Assembly (NCBI GenBank): GCA_000934665.2
Contig: KZ539070.1
Span: forward strand, 1 to 34,252
Reading direction: 5' to 3'
Origin: Catajapyx aquilonaris
Lineage: Eukaryota
DNA: 34,252 bases
The translations under genes were made by a program, and so were the position numbers. Positions 21,369 to 32,942 of the stretch are shown here, one piece after another; within the stretch, counting starts at the first letter, position 1, and the number at the start of each line of letters is the position of its first letter. The notes below the pieces were generated by a model. The model was not told the origin of the DNA and did not search any database. It saw only the letters and a program-made list of their open reading frames with translations.

Positions 21369-24300
21369 CTGCAAAATCCAGAAGGCTTTTGTTAGGTCAC
21401 CATTGCACCACGAGAAAGCTGCAATTATAATGAACAAGGCCAAAACTCACCAGTCAAGCCAATCTTCTTGCGACAGGTAGCACAGCGGTTCTTCTTTTTC
21501 CCATCCTTCTCTGACAGATCCCTGGTCTCAGAGGTGCCTGCCTTGCCATCTGACAGGTCTGCTGCATCCAAACTGGCAACTGCTGCTTCAGCACCCTCCT
21601 CCTCCGACTTCTGCACAAAGTTTAAAATACGAGAATCAGCAATTAGATAAATTTAAATGCTACAATTGTGACATCTCAAATTCAAGGATGGAACAAGGAA
21701 AAGAGCCAAGTCCTTGCCAGGATTCGAACCTGGGACCTCTGCCCATTCGCACAGGCAGCGCTCTGGCCAGCTGAGCTACAAGGGCTTCAAAATGACCCAT
21801 ATGGAGATGGCCTCTTACATCATAGGTACAGTAAATCAACCATTTTTATGGCTAAATTATAATTCCACCAAATGGCCTGTCCTACCTTTTCGTTCTTTGT
21901 CTTTTTAGCCGACATGTTAGAGGGTTCAGAGGTAGTAGTGCAGGCTTTGCGCTTAGCCATGGTACCTAGGTGTGGCAAGGATTCTGGGATCAGGGAGATG
22001 GTGACTGGTTGACTTGGATGAGGAAGATGGTAACAGGACAGTCCATGTGTCTAACTGCAATACCAATAATAAATGCAAAAAATTAACTAATCAAAACAAG
22101 AGCTAGATTCAGCAGAAACACATGTAAATGCCTGCCATTTTACTTTGCAAGGGGGTGCCAAAACTTGACCCACAAAAGGTTAGTGTCAATCATTCTTATC
22201 TGCTGTTGAATATATGACTACAACAGAGTCCCTGCATATTTTAGAGTCCATTACAAGAATGTTCCACAGCACATAACATTTTATGCCAGAATATTCAGAA
22301 AAGATTGAAAATGAAAAATGGTGTACAGTTAACAAGGAAACAAGTACCTTAATCACGAAAATGAAATTCAATGTTGCCCAAATACTCAATAATGAAATAC
22401 AACGTTCTCCGTTTCCACGGATGCAACAACCTGGAGATCTTGTTACTCATCGTTTGCAATATTGTTCCCAACAATGAACAACTAAAATCAGCTGCTTGTT
22501 CTTGATTTGTGGTCAATGGGGTCCTAACCTACTCTCCGTTTCGCACAAGTCCGAACCGTTTTGGATATCCATACGCCCGAAAGTAGTGCCCACCATGCCA
22601 GACCATACCGCTCCTCACATCAAAATGTGCAGTTTGTGTAGCGCTGCAGCTACCACATGGGCTGCCCATGATAATTAGCCATTCGAATTACATGTACCAG
22701 CATTGTTTCTTTGAGAAACCAGCGATACGGGGGACTAATTTTGCTGCGGCTCACCCCTCGGGCGTTTGTATACCTGAAAAGGTTCGGACTTATGCGAATC
22801 GGAGAGTACATTGTGCAAACCCATGTAAAACTTCATCCTCATTTTAAAATGAATTTGCGTGTTTTTTATTTGAAGAAATACATATTAGTTTTTGAGCTAT
22901 GATCGATCTAATATCATATTAATTATACGGTACCATCCTGTCCCCTGACGTCACTGTCACTAAACAGATTGGTGAAGAGGCAGGAACACACCCGAGCTGC
23001 TTTGTTCCTTTGTTTGTTTGGTTTGTTGGAGCGCCTATCAACGGAATCAACAACCGGGCATCAGTAAATAAGCGGAATCGAATGGACCGCCACTAAAGCA
23101 GGTGCACCGGTCTGACGACGTCACTGTTGTTGGGCAGAAATCGCAATGCGCCCATTTAATAGGCCCATTTCCCCTGCCAATTTTATACCCACGATAATTA
23201 TTTATCGAGGATTGACATTTTGGTGCTGAACAGTGGCGGAATGCGTGTTTACATGTATCGCTGAGCTATTCGTGTACAAATGTCTCAAATCCCAGACCAA
23301 GGCTAGGACCCGTTATGCAAACCAACCTTAGGAGGGGTTGCACCATACTGGATACATTAAGGTAGTTCTTGCGCTAAGTCCATTCATTGACAATTTCGTG
23401 AAAATCACACCATCCATTCCTGGGCATGTCGCACATACTCCTGGGAAGTTTCAAGAGGCTCGTCTATCTCGTTTTTGAGATATTAATTTTCAAAGTTGGG
23501 CTTCTGGCGGCCCCTTATGCATGGAGCCTTATGGGAGCCGGTCTGCGGGCCTCGAGAAAAGTGTCCCTAGCTCCATTAAAAACATTGAGATGTTAACCAA
23601 AAACCATATTCATGTGGGGGAAAGTCGGGAGATTAATTTAGTGGCGATTTTCATAGGGGTCACCATGGTCCTTCCCCCGCAAATCGTCATTTTGTGAGGA
23701 GCCGACTCTACAGTTGGCGTCGAAGTGGCAACGCTGTAAGCAACAATAGGCATGGCGGCCTTCGCTCGGGATTTTCAAATCCCGAGCCGCCTAGGTTTCA
23801 GAATGGCATGTAACTGACAAGGGAAGTGCAAGTGTTGTCCGTGGAGTTTTTGAATGAAACGCCGGTCCAGTACTGTATGATTGTGTATGATCAGGGGTAT
23901 GATTGTGTATGTGAGATTGGTCTCTGGTCTCAAGTTATTGATCGACTAGACAGTTACCTAAGTTACCAGCAAAGGAGGCACGTTCGAACGGGGCGGCGGA
24001 GATGGGACTATCGATGTATTGATATCGATATATCGATGGTTTACTTATAAAATATCGATGTCTGATAAGCTCAAATCACTGTAATTTTATTAAAATATCG
24101 ATATAATATATCGATAGTTGGGATAACTATCGAGAACTCGATATATGGCTGGGGGAAATATCGATACATCGAAACATCTATACTTTATTTATAAGGGGTA
24201 CCAAACGTATGCAACGATGCCGGATTTATCGCACTTTTTCCGGTATTTGGAACAGCCATATTTCTGCTCTTCTCCGGGACAAAAGTGCGCGAGGGAATTA

Positions 24301-27300
24301 TTATCCCCCAAATAAATGTTCACGCAACGTATCCGACGCAAAACACGTACTCAAAACTCTGTTTCAGAGAAATACTAGCAGAAATGTCTTACAATCGCAG
24401 AAGTTGGTATTGGCCAGCTCGCCCCATGTATAAACATAGGCTCAACACCCCTCCCCCTCCCCTCCGTTTCTAAGCGCAAGAACTACCTTAAGCAGCTCAA
24501 ATTCTTCCCCGCATTTTGGCCAAGAAGATTCTTAATGAATTCTTCACGAAACCTGCCCTCAGTGGGCAAATATTATTTTCATTAAAATGAAAGTTCTTAC
24601 TTCATGCAATGTCTGGCTTCCCTACACCCTGGCAGCCGGGAATTTTTTTTAGATCCTCCTCATACTGGACACAGAAGAGTGCTCTGCTGACACTAAGAAT
24701 TTTTCACCAAGACTGCTGTCCTTGCTGTTTGTGGTCACTATTTCAACATTAAGTATCACTGGTTACCAGTAAACAAATGACTAACCAACAATGGCTGGGG
24801 CCTTACATCACAGACCATTTGTTCATAACATACTCTCCGATTCACATAAAGGCCCATACACACAGGCCGTCGACGGTTTTGGTCTTTGGTCACGTTGACG
24901 CCGCGGACCAATCATGACTCATGTAAACAAGCTGTAAACAATGTGTTGCGCTTGTTTACATGAGTCATGATTGGTCCGCGGCATCAACGCGACCAAAGAC
25001 CAAAACCGTCGACGGCCTCTGTGTATGGGCCAACCTTTTTGGATAACCATAAGCCCAAAAGCCCTACCTGCTCTTCACAACAAAATGTGCAATCTGTGTA
25101 GCGCTGCAGCTGCCGCATGGGCAGCCCGTGATAATTAGGCAGTCGAATTACACGTACCAGCACTGTTTCTTCGAGAAAGCCAGAGATATGGGGGACTAAT
25201 ATTGCGGCGGATGGTTGCTGCATACCCAACAGTTTACTGTATTATGCAGTCCTTTTCCTCATGCTGTATTGTAATTTTAAAAATTTTTACACCACTAATT
25301 TAGGATAAAAATTAGTTACAAACATCCTTCTTGAGGGGAGCCATAATTTAAAATGTACTAAGGGGGGCCGGGGAGTAAACCCAGCACTGGTTATACTGTG
25401 TTGTTTAGGAAACAATGACAAAAAAAAAAGTATGTACAGTACATGTTCCGTAGAAGCACAACCATTGTAGGCTTAACGACGTAGTGCATGTCAGCAAGAA
25501 CATGACATTTTCTTTCAATCTCCACCCACCGATTTCTTTTGCTTAACCCTCAAACAGTGACATGTCTCCCAAGCCCCGGGAAATGTGACACTGCTTTCCA
25601 AGAATGAGTCACATCCTGAACTCTGGAGGAACCTGAGCTTATCAGTCATGATTCATGAACATGAACACATGGGAATCTTTAGTGCTTCTAAAACAAAAGC
25701 CTGCCTTTCAGCAACTTCCAAAAATCGACACCCAACCCCTAACTTGATCTGATTGCATGCTCTAGTAAGGAAAACCAGTACAGCTTCAGTGACGAGGGAA
25801 CATTTTGGCCACAAATACGCATAATACATTTTTACTGGTTGTGCTATTTGCACTAATAATATTAATAATAAACTGAATGACATTGATCACAGGAGGATGT
25901 AAATGGGTCAATAGTGAAAAAAGGTGCAATTTCATTTTTAAAAAAAATGTAAATGGCACTTCAAGAAATAATTTTTTTTAAATAAAAATAGTTATTAGTT
26001 ATTACCTCTGGTGTTCCCACAAAAATAACGGCTGAGATCGTAGACTTAGATTTCCCATTGTTAAATCAATTATAAAAATGCTGTATCTACAGCTGTATAC
26101 ACACAGTCAAGACTACAGAGTCTACTTGACCTTGACAAGTGTGGCACAGGGTCTAGAACCGAACCAAGTGGCTAGCACAGTTCGCAATATAAATGTAAGT
26201 AATACTTCACATCGCTTCAAATGCAATAAAACAAGAAATGTGGAAATTCCGAGTATACTCAAGACCTATCCGTATGCTTACATCTGACAATAAGTAGGGT
26301 ACAGCTATGAGCGCATTAGAAACATGGTATAGATGGTCCAAAACATTCAAATAGGTTATTAAAATCATGTCCTTGAACATATGACCCCACCTAGGGGTGC
26401 TCGTGGACAGGTAGTGTCCACGGACGTGACAACTCTCTGTTTATTCCACGTAAAACATCGTAAGTTTAGGTTACAAACTTTTAGTTCAAATGAGTAAGCT
26501 CTTTGTACCTAATAGCACATGTACTTGTGCAAAAATTGAAATTTGAACTTCTTACCTACATTTACCAGGTGCCACAGACGTGACGCACTGATCTCGACAC
26601 TTCACTAAATCTGATGTTTAAGAGCAGAATTACACGCCTTCAAACAACCAAACGAACAGGTTTATGATTCAGCGTCTCAATATGGCTGGATCAGCAGGTA
26701 AAAAGACAAAAATCCTGCACATTGCTGCTTCCTGGATGATTTTATAACAGTTTTTCTTTTTGTCCATGAATGTGACGAGAAACCTTGGGACAAAATTACT
26801 CTTGCAATAAAATCGATGCAATTTGGAACTTCAGGACAAAGAATGCACTAGCCTTTACCTTCATTATTCCTTTCTCCATTACTCTAATTTAAAAAGTGAA
26901 ATAACATCTTATGCCTTGCATAAAAATTGACAAAACTATGAGTGAAGGTTGGGACTAGGCACAGGCGTGACATGTCACGCTCTGTGACCTAAAGAAAAAT
27001 ATGACAAAATTTTCTCATTAGGGGTCGTCCATATACCACTTGACCGTTTTGGGGGGAGGGGGGGGTCTGCTGATATACCACAGTTGGTCACGGGGGGGAG
27101 NNNNNNNNNNNNNNNNNNNNNNNNNNNNNNNNNNNNNNNNNNNNNNNNNNNNNNNNNNNNNNNNNNNNNNNNNNNNNNNNNNNNNNNNNNNNNNNNNNNN
27201 NNNNNNNNNNNNNNNNNNNNNNNNNNNNNNNNNNNNNNNNNNNNNNNNNNNNNNNNNNNNNNNNNNNNNNNNNNNNNNNNNNNNNNNNNGGGGGTCCAGT

Positions 27301-30300
27301 GGATACCACGGTCGGTCGCTGGGGGGGAGGGAGAGGGGGGGTCAAGAAGTGGCCAAAAATCGGTCACGTGGTTTATGGACGACCCCTTACATGTTTGTTA
27401 CGTGTCCTGTATTCCGCAAGTTGCAATCTTATTTCTTCGCATGTTATCTGGTTTTCAGATGTTATATTAAGTCCAGAAAGTAGTTGGGACATGAAATTGC
27501 AGGTTTTTTCACTATTTACCCAAATGATGATGTTCTGGGCATTTCCACGCAAACACAGATATACTGTCCGTTCGTAATGCAGGTTTTGCAGACATGTACT
27601 AGCATATTTTATTGTAACAATACACACACATTGCATGAAATGGATTAAGCATGCAGTGCATCCTGTCATTGTTATAATAAAAAATACAGTTGTGCACGTA
27701 TGCAAAACTTGTGTTACGAATGGACGGATGCATCATGGAAATGCCCTTCTCAAAGGTGAAACCCAAATGTTCTACATTTCCCATGTAAAAACAAACACAT
27801 CACTTCATATGCATGGGATCAGCATCGTGCTTGGCTTGCAGCTAATTTGAATGACTTTTTGAAACTTTCTCCCTGCCCCCTCACATATTGGCAATTCCCA
27901 GTTGGTTGAATCTGTGGATACAGAGGGCCCACTGTGCAGGCAAAGTTCAATTTTACAGTGTTTCCCATTAATTACTTTTTTCAAGATTACCTAAGACAAT
28001 TTAAAATGTGCTAAAATTGACAAAATATAGAAACACTAACACATCTCTGCAATGCCTGTAAGTCCAAACATTTACAGACACACATTTTGTATTTCACGCT
28101 GGATTGTGGCAGGGTCTATAGGCATACAGGGGTCGTCCAGACGGGACCAGTTTGCCCAGCAAATCCAGGGCCGGTCGGGGCTAGTGGGGTTCAGACGACA
28201 GAGCCGCGGCCCCGACAGACCTCACAAAGTGGGCTGAAAGTGACCCACTTCCCCAAAGTGGGTGATAACAGCCCCGGCACCGGGCCCTGATCCAAGCGCA
28301 TGCGCAACAAGGTTGCAGAAAGGAGGGGACCATTTTCGGCAGCGGGCTAATTAAAATATTTTAAATAATTACGTTTGCCTATGAACTTATATGACATAAT
28401 AGTGACGTTTAATACCAAATACACCTGCAATTTTGTAAACTATTTTCAAGTAAATAAAGACCACGTCACGTGACACATTATACCGCCTGCTTTTTATTTG
28501 ACCTCAAATAACCCCGATTCTTGCGGAGTGTTCCAAAAGTGTTTCAGAGGGCAACTTGGGACGGGAGAGCGGGAGAGGGGGCGCAAGCGGAAAGAACGAA
28601 GAAGTCGGGGTCAGACTGCAGCCGGCTATCGGATTCATGGCGATATGTGGCGGATACTGATCGTTATTCGTTAGTCGTCACTTGTTTTTCTCGCGTGCCA
28701 TCTACCGGTCACATTAACAAATGCCTATTGCCCTGGCTACCCTGGCCGGCCTTGGCTCTCTCGTGTGAACCCGCTAGGGCTTCAACCTGCCGGGGTTGGA
28801 GCCGGGGCCAGGGCTAGTGAGGGGCCCGGCCCCGGCAAACTGGTCCCGTCTGGACTAGCCCACACAGTACTGTTTATTGGTTTCAGCACCCACCAAAATA
28901 CTGTTGCCATTGTTATAAAAGAGGATTCAGAACAATAAAGGAGCCCTTGGAACCCAATGTCCCTCAACCTGGAGCCTCCCTACAAACATGTATTTTGTAT
29001 AAAATGTCAGACTCACTATATAAAAAAACAACAATCTTAGCATTGCACAGGAAAAATTCTTGAAATTTTAGGAGCCTCTCTCATTCAATGACATTATAAG
29101 TTGGTCTCCCTTTACAACTTTTCGTTTTACAACTCTGTTTTGCTGAAACATAATCCTGTCATAAAACAGGGCCTGCCTTTAGGTGGCAATATGCACAGGC
29201 TGTGTGCCCTACATGATACCACTCTCGCCTAACTACCTTATCCTACGTGGGTGGTATGATAAATCCCGAACAAAGAAGTTGATCCTTGTTACTCATTGTT
29301 TGGAATATTGTTTCCGACAATGAACAACAAAAATCAACTGCCTTTTCTTGATTTACCATGACTCACACATCCAATCCTTAGGAGGGGTTGCACCATACAT
29401 CAAGCAGCTTAATTCTGCACTACATTTTGGCAAAGAAGATTCTCAATGCATCCAACCTTCATGCAACCTGCCCTCAGTACAGTTAAAAGAATTTGTTTAA
29501 GGGGGGCCACCCCAACTTAGCCTTACAGCCCCAACCTGCCCTCAGTGAGGAAATTTCATTAAAATAGAAGTTCTTACTGCATGCACTGTCTGGCCTCCCT
29601 ACACCCTGGCAGCTGGGATAATTTTTTTTGGGTCCTCCTCATCCTGGACACAGAAGAGTGCCCTGTATTCACTAAGAATTTTTCAGCAAGTCTGCTGTCC
29701 TTGCTGTTTGTAGTCACTATTTCAACATTAAGTATCACTGGTTACCAGTAAACAAATGACTACTCACTTTAGCCAACAATGGCTGAGGCTTTACATTGTA
29801 GGACCATTGTATAAAGTTGGCACAAGCCAACAAAATGTTACAATGCATGATTTCTAAATTTCCATGCCAAAGAAAAAAACCTATCGGCAAAACCGGTAAG
29901 GAATGGGGGTATGGGTGCAGGGCATGCACGCAACCTCCGTCCTAACTGGTTGTGCAGATAGGGGTTTTTCGCTTGGGACGGCAGTAATGAATTGATGGAA
30001 AAATCTAGTCTGACATGGTGGCCCCTATTCCTTTGTAATGTTTTATCGTCTCTCACACTTTCTGGAGAAAGAGAAACTTCGAACTTGTTGCTTCTTGTCA
30101 CATTTCTTACATTGCAAGACTGATCCGAGGTTAAGTGATGTCATCTGCAATATTCCTCCCTCTCCAAGCTGAATCAGCTCAGGAAGTGGGTGAACTTGGA
30201 AGAGAGCCTTGACATTAAATTACACATGATAGCGGTGACTAGGGGGTAGTATCTGCCAGTGCTCGGAATGTCAGTTGTTACTGTCAATTTGAGTGTCGGC

Positions 30301-32790
30301 CCGATTGCTTTGTTCTGGTCCTGATATGCATTTGAACTGATGAGCCTCAGCAAGAGTCCTAGCCAGATAATGAAGCAGCCCTATCAGCATGTGGAATTTC
30401 CTTCCTCTACATTGCATTCCCTACACGCCCCTCATCGTTTTGGCTTGGGTCTCTCCAATGACAAGCCTGGTATCATTACTCAAAGGGTTATCATTTCCAA
30501 GCCTCTCATATTTCTTTCTTTCAAAATATTGGAGAATAAAGCCCAGATTTTGAAACCCTTTATATACGATGAGCTGAACAGTATTTAACAAGTCTATGTT
30601 ACTCTTTCATCAATTTCAGTTCAACTTATACAACTGAGGCACGAAAAAAAAACAATGTTATATGTTCACACATGTGAATCAACCTGTTGGAAGATACACA
30701 TGATTTTGGCATAGAACTGATGATAGCACACTGCATGTTAAAGGGGCCACTGTCCCAAAAATTAACACTTGAAACTGTGTTTTTAAAACATCACATGGCC
30801 ATCGAAAAACATGCTGGCAAATGTCTGAAAAAACTTTTACACTCTAAAGGGAAGGCATGAACAACTTTCAAAGAGTGAAACTGCTGACAACCAAACTAAC
30901 TCTTTTTACCTTCCTAAATTTCAAAATTTGTTTGATTTTCTAATTCTGCTTGGCCTATAGTGCTATCCAAACATCACCTCTGTTGCTAATTTTCAAGTCA
31001 AAATACAAGACAAAAGGCGATATTCCAAAGCCACAACACTAGCAGCCGGTCGCGGGTCTCTGGTCACCACGACTCTAGCGCGCTCTAGGGTGGCGTGAAT
31101 GAGTAGAATATCACCTCACACACTTCGAAATCTATTATGTAGCAATTTATGAATCAAGTTTAATCAATCATTTACATATCACTGATATCTGGTGCAGCGA
31201 CCCACGACAAGATGCAGGTGTTGTGGCTTCAGAACATCGTCTTTTGGCTTGTATTTTGACCCTGCTAATGTAAAAATTAGCAGTAGAGGTGATGTTTACA
31301 CAACACTATAGGCCAAGCAGAATTAGAAAATCAAAAATTGTTCAAAATTTAGGAGGGTAAGAAGAGTTAGCTTGGTTGTGAGAGCATAACTCAGCTCACA
31401 ACATTTCCTGGCATTCAATATATTTTTCTTATCACTCAGAACATTGGTAATTACAAGGGCAAATCAAATGCAACACTTGAAACCCTTTCATGGTGCGTTG
31501 CGCAGATACTTCTGAATGCACCATAGCATTACAGTATCAATACCTCCTAAATGTATAGTCTGTGTGCGCACACCTCTGTAGCCATTCCAAGATGGTGTGC
31601 TCTCCTGTTGTCCAAATGGGATCTGTGCATTGTTATTCTATTTCTGACGTCTGAGAACAATAGACCCACAAATCCATCAGAGGATGCTTACAAGGCTGTG
31701 TGGCAAGTAACGGTGGCAAAGTGGTGCCAGTGTTGAAGATGTCCCAGTGCCAGCTCCTTCTGCTCCACAGTCGGGCACTTGGGAAGCAGTTGCCTCTGCA
31801 GCTCCGCAGCTTGCAGTCAGGCACTTGGATACCCTCTGTGCACTAATCTTGTGGTACTCCAGATGGTGATGGCAATATTGTGAATGCTACACCATAACTA
31901 ACACTGATCACTGCAGTCAAGTAAGCCAGATTGTACTCAACAATCCTCCCTTATCAGCTGATCCACACGCGCAATGATGGCAGGTGTGATTGCGGCCTGG
32001 CCTGGTTGGGAAACGTTGACCGTGGATTGTCTGCCATCTCGGAATCACCGACACCACACCACTGGGACTGTACATCGTAAGCTTCCTCAGATCAATTTCT
32101 GCGGGTCTTATTGCTCTCAGACATCAGAAATGAAATAACAATGCCCTGATCTTGCTCAGACATGTGTGACAGGAAGCATGCCATCTAGGAATAGCTGTGG
32201 TGGCGAGGTATGCATGTGCAGACGCTTACCTATGCATTTCGGAGGTATTGACACTATCGTGCTGTGGTGGAAGTTTAAAGTCCCTGCGTTCAGCAGTATT
32301 GGCTCCTGATTCCATGAACAGATTTCATATCATTCACCCTAACATTTGTAAATGTGGGACATGGCTCGTAGGCAAGCTAATACCATCCCCACAGTCACCC
32401 TTGTGATAGCACAAAATCACGCAGCAACATTACACCTCAAACCACTTGCACTTAGCCCATTCCCTCAAGCTCCAACAACACAGAGCTTACCTCTTTGACT
32501 TGTTCCGCTCCAGACAGAATAACTGGCACTGTCGGCTGGGCTGTGTTAAGACTAACAATTGGTGGGCCCTGCAAGCTGGGACTGGTACTGGGACTGCTGC
32601 GACCCCCCGATGAGGCCATGGCTGAGGACATGGCTGAGGACATGGCTGATGAGGGTGGCTGCTGCTTCTTCTTAAGAGCCTCCTTGTAGCAAATTGAGCA
32701 CAGACCATCTGTTGCAGGACTGCCATAGAATCCGCATCCTGAACGGCAAAGGGCTGGTGGTGCCTGCATCTGGTTTGACTCCTGCTCCAT
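21220..32790 (-). CDS. ZFAND6: A20/AN1 zinc-finger protein (ZFAND5/6-like), 202 aa core
   Basis: Exons: 32491-32790, 21451-21610, 21220-21368. A20 finger [25 protein letters not shown]1 finger [35 protein letters not shown]-terminus [16 protein letters not shown]. Probably a co-orthologue of vertebrate ZFAND5 and ZFAND6. Confidence 0.95.
21451..21610 (-). CDS. ZFAND6: ZFAND exon: linker and first half of AN1 finger
   Basis: Acceptor tgtgcag|AAG, donor CTG|gtgagt, ends in phase 1. Confidence 0.93.
21709..21785 (-). ncRNA. tRNA-like cloverleaf element (SINE head or Pol III-type RNA), not a decoding tRNA
   Basis: GCCCTTG-TA-GCTC-AGCTGGCCA-GAGC-G-CTGCC-TGTGCGAATG-GGCAG-AGGTC-CCAGG-TTCGAAT-CCTGG-CAAGGAC, with TTTT just downstream. 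Confidence 0.7.
21886..22050 (-). CDS. Candidate in-frame ZFAND cassette exon (THGLSCYH...[25 protein letters not shown])
   Basis: 165 nt, phase 0/0, no stop codon. Acceptor tgcagttag|, donor AAG|gtagg. Confidence 0.5.
22532..22806. mobile_element. TA-targeting MITE (family copy 1)
   Basis: TIR CTCTCCG(T/A)TTCGCA(C/T)AAGTCCGAACC, TA TSD. A related copy lies at 24833-25230. Confidence 0.85.
23361..24487. mobile_element. Kolobok-like non-autonomous element
   Basis: TTAA TSD on both sides, TIRs GGTAGTTCTTGCGCT / AGCGCAAGAACTACC. The empty site is present in repeat copy B. Confidence 0.85.
23998..24180. mobile_element. hAT-like MITE rich in ATCGAT repeats, nested in the Kolobok-like element
   Basis: Ends GAGATGGGACTATCGATG ... 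CATCGAAACATCTA; many ATCGAT motifs. Confidence 0.55.
24833..25230. mobile_element. TA-targeting MITE (family copy 2), interrupted
   Basis: Shares CTCTCCGATTC and TGTGTAGCGCTGCAGCT...GGGGACTAAT with 22532-22806. Confidence 0.75.
24851..25031. mobile_element. Near-perfect palindromic Harbinger-like MITE
   Basis: About 82-bp arms starting GGCCCATACACA, with a 17-nt spacer. Confidence 0.88.
26400..26991. mobile_element. Unclassified repeat with dispersed CCACGGACGTGAC-like motifs
   Basis: Motif at ~26417, ~26571, ~26763 and ~26958, with an inverted copy at ~26973. Confidence 0.4.
27021..27386. mobile_element. PIF/Harbinger MITE spanning the assembly gap
   Basis: TTA TSD, TIRs GGGGTCGTCCATA(T/A)ACCAC(T/G)TGACCG, poly-G tracts flanking the gap. 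Confidence 0.88.
27101..27289. other. Assembly gap (189 N)
   Basis: Run of N. Confidence 1.
28129..28861. mobile_element. Harbinger-like non-autonomous element
   Basis: TIRs GGG(G/C)T(C/A)GTCCAGACGGGACCAGTTTGCC, 3-bp TSD ACA, CpG-rich. Confidence 0.82.
29281..29810. repeat. Copy B of the intronic direct repeat
   Basis: Colinear with copy A but lacking its insertions. Confidence 0.85.
30885..31382. repeat. Long imperfect inverted repeat (about 155-bp arms), probably inside a Kolobok-like remnant
   Basis: TTTGATTTTCTAATTCTGCTTGGCCTATAGTG and its reverse complement. TTAA-AGGGGCCACTGTCCC end at ~30738. Confidence 0.75.
31452..32260 (-). mobile_element. Highly decayed mariner element
   Basis: Fragments [25 protein letters not shown] and [16 protein letters not shown] (WVPxxL region). 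TACAAGGG-like terminus at ~31452. Confidence 0.6.
32491..32790 (-). CDS. ZFAND6: ZFAND exon encoding the A20 zinc finger (100 codons)
   Basis: ATG at 32790, donor GAG|gtaag, ends in phase 0. Likely acceptor tttgcag| with the exon starting at 32876. Confidence 0.95.
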
Positions 32791-32942
32791 CCTTGCAAAG
32801 TTGCACTAGGTGTAAAGTCTCTAACAGCACACAAAAAACTGTTCACACGGGCTGCAATTGAGCGCTGTCGAAGGACCTGCAAAGTGGTTACATCATGAAA
32901 GTTAAGTAATGCACCACACCACTCCACCCAAGTACCACTTAC

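Larger units (their letters stand above)
22436..24822. repeat. Copy A of an intronic direct repeat, expanded by insertions
   Basis: 22436-22508, ~23322-23360 and 24491-24822 are colinear with 29281-29810. Confidence 0.85.

Noticed and set aside
24000..24180. CRISPR-like or satellite array of ATCGAT
   Set aside because: Irregular spacing in a eukaryotic context. Fits the subterminal repeats of a hAT MITE.
26975..27483. Long ORFs across 27.1-27.3 kb
   Set aside because: Artefact of the N gap.
29850..30600. Possible hidden exon or nested gene in the ZFAND intron
   Set aside because: No sustained frame with a recognisable motif or convincing paired splice sites.
32487..32927. 146-aa ORF overlapping the A20 exon in another frame
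   Set aside because: Non-ATG start inside the predicted intron and no homology evident. Shadow frame.
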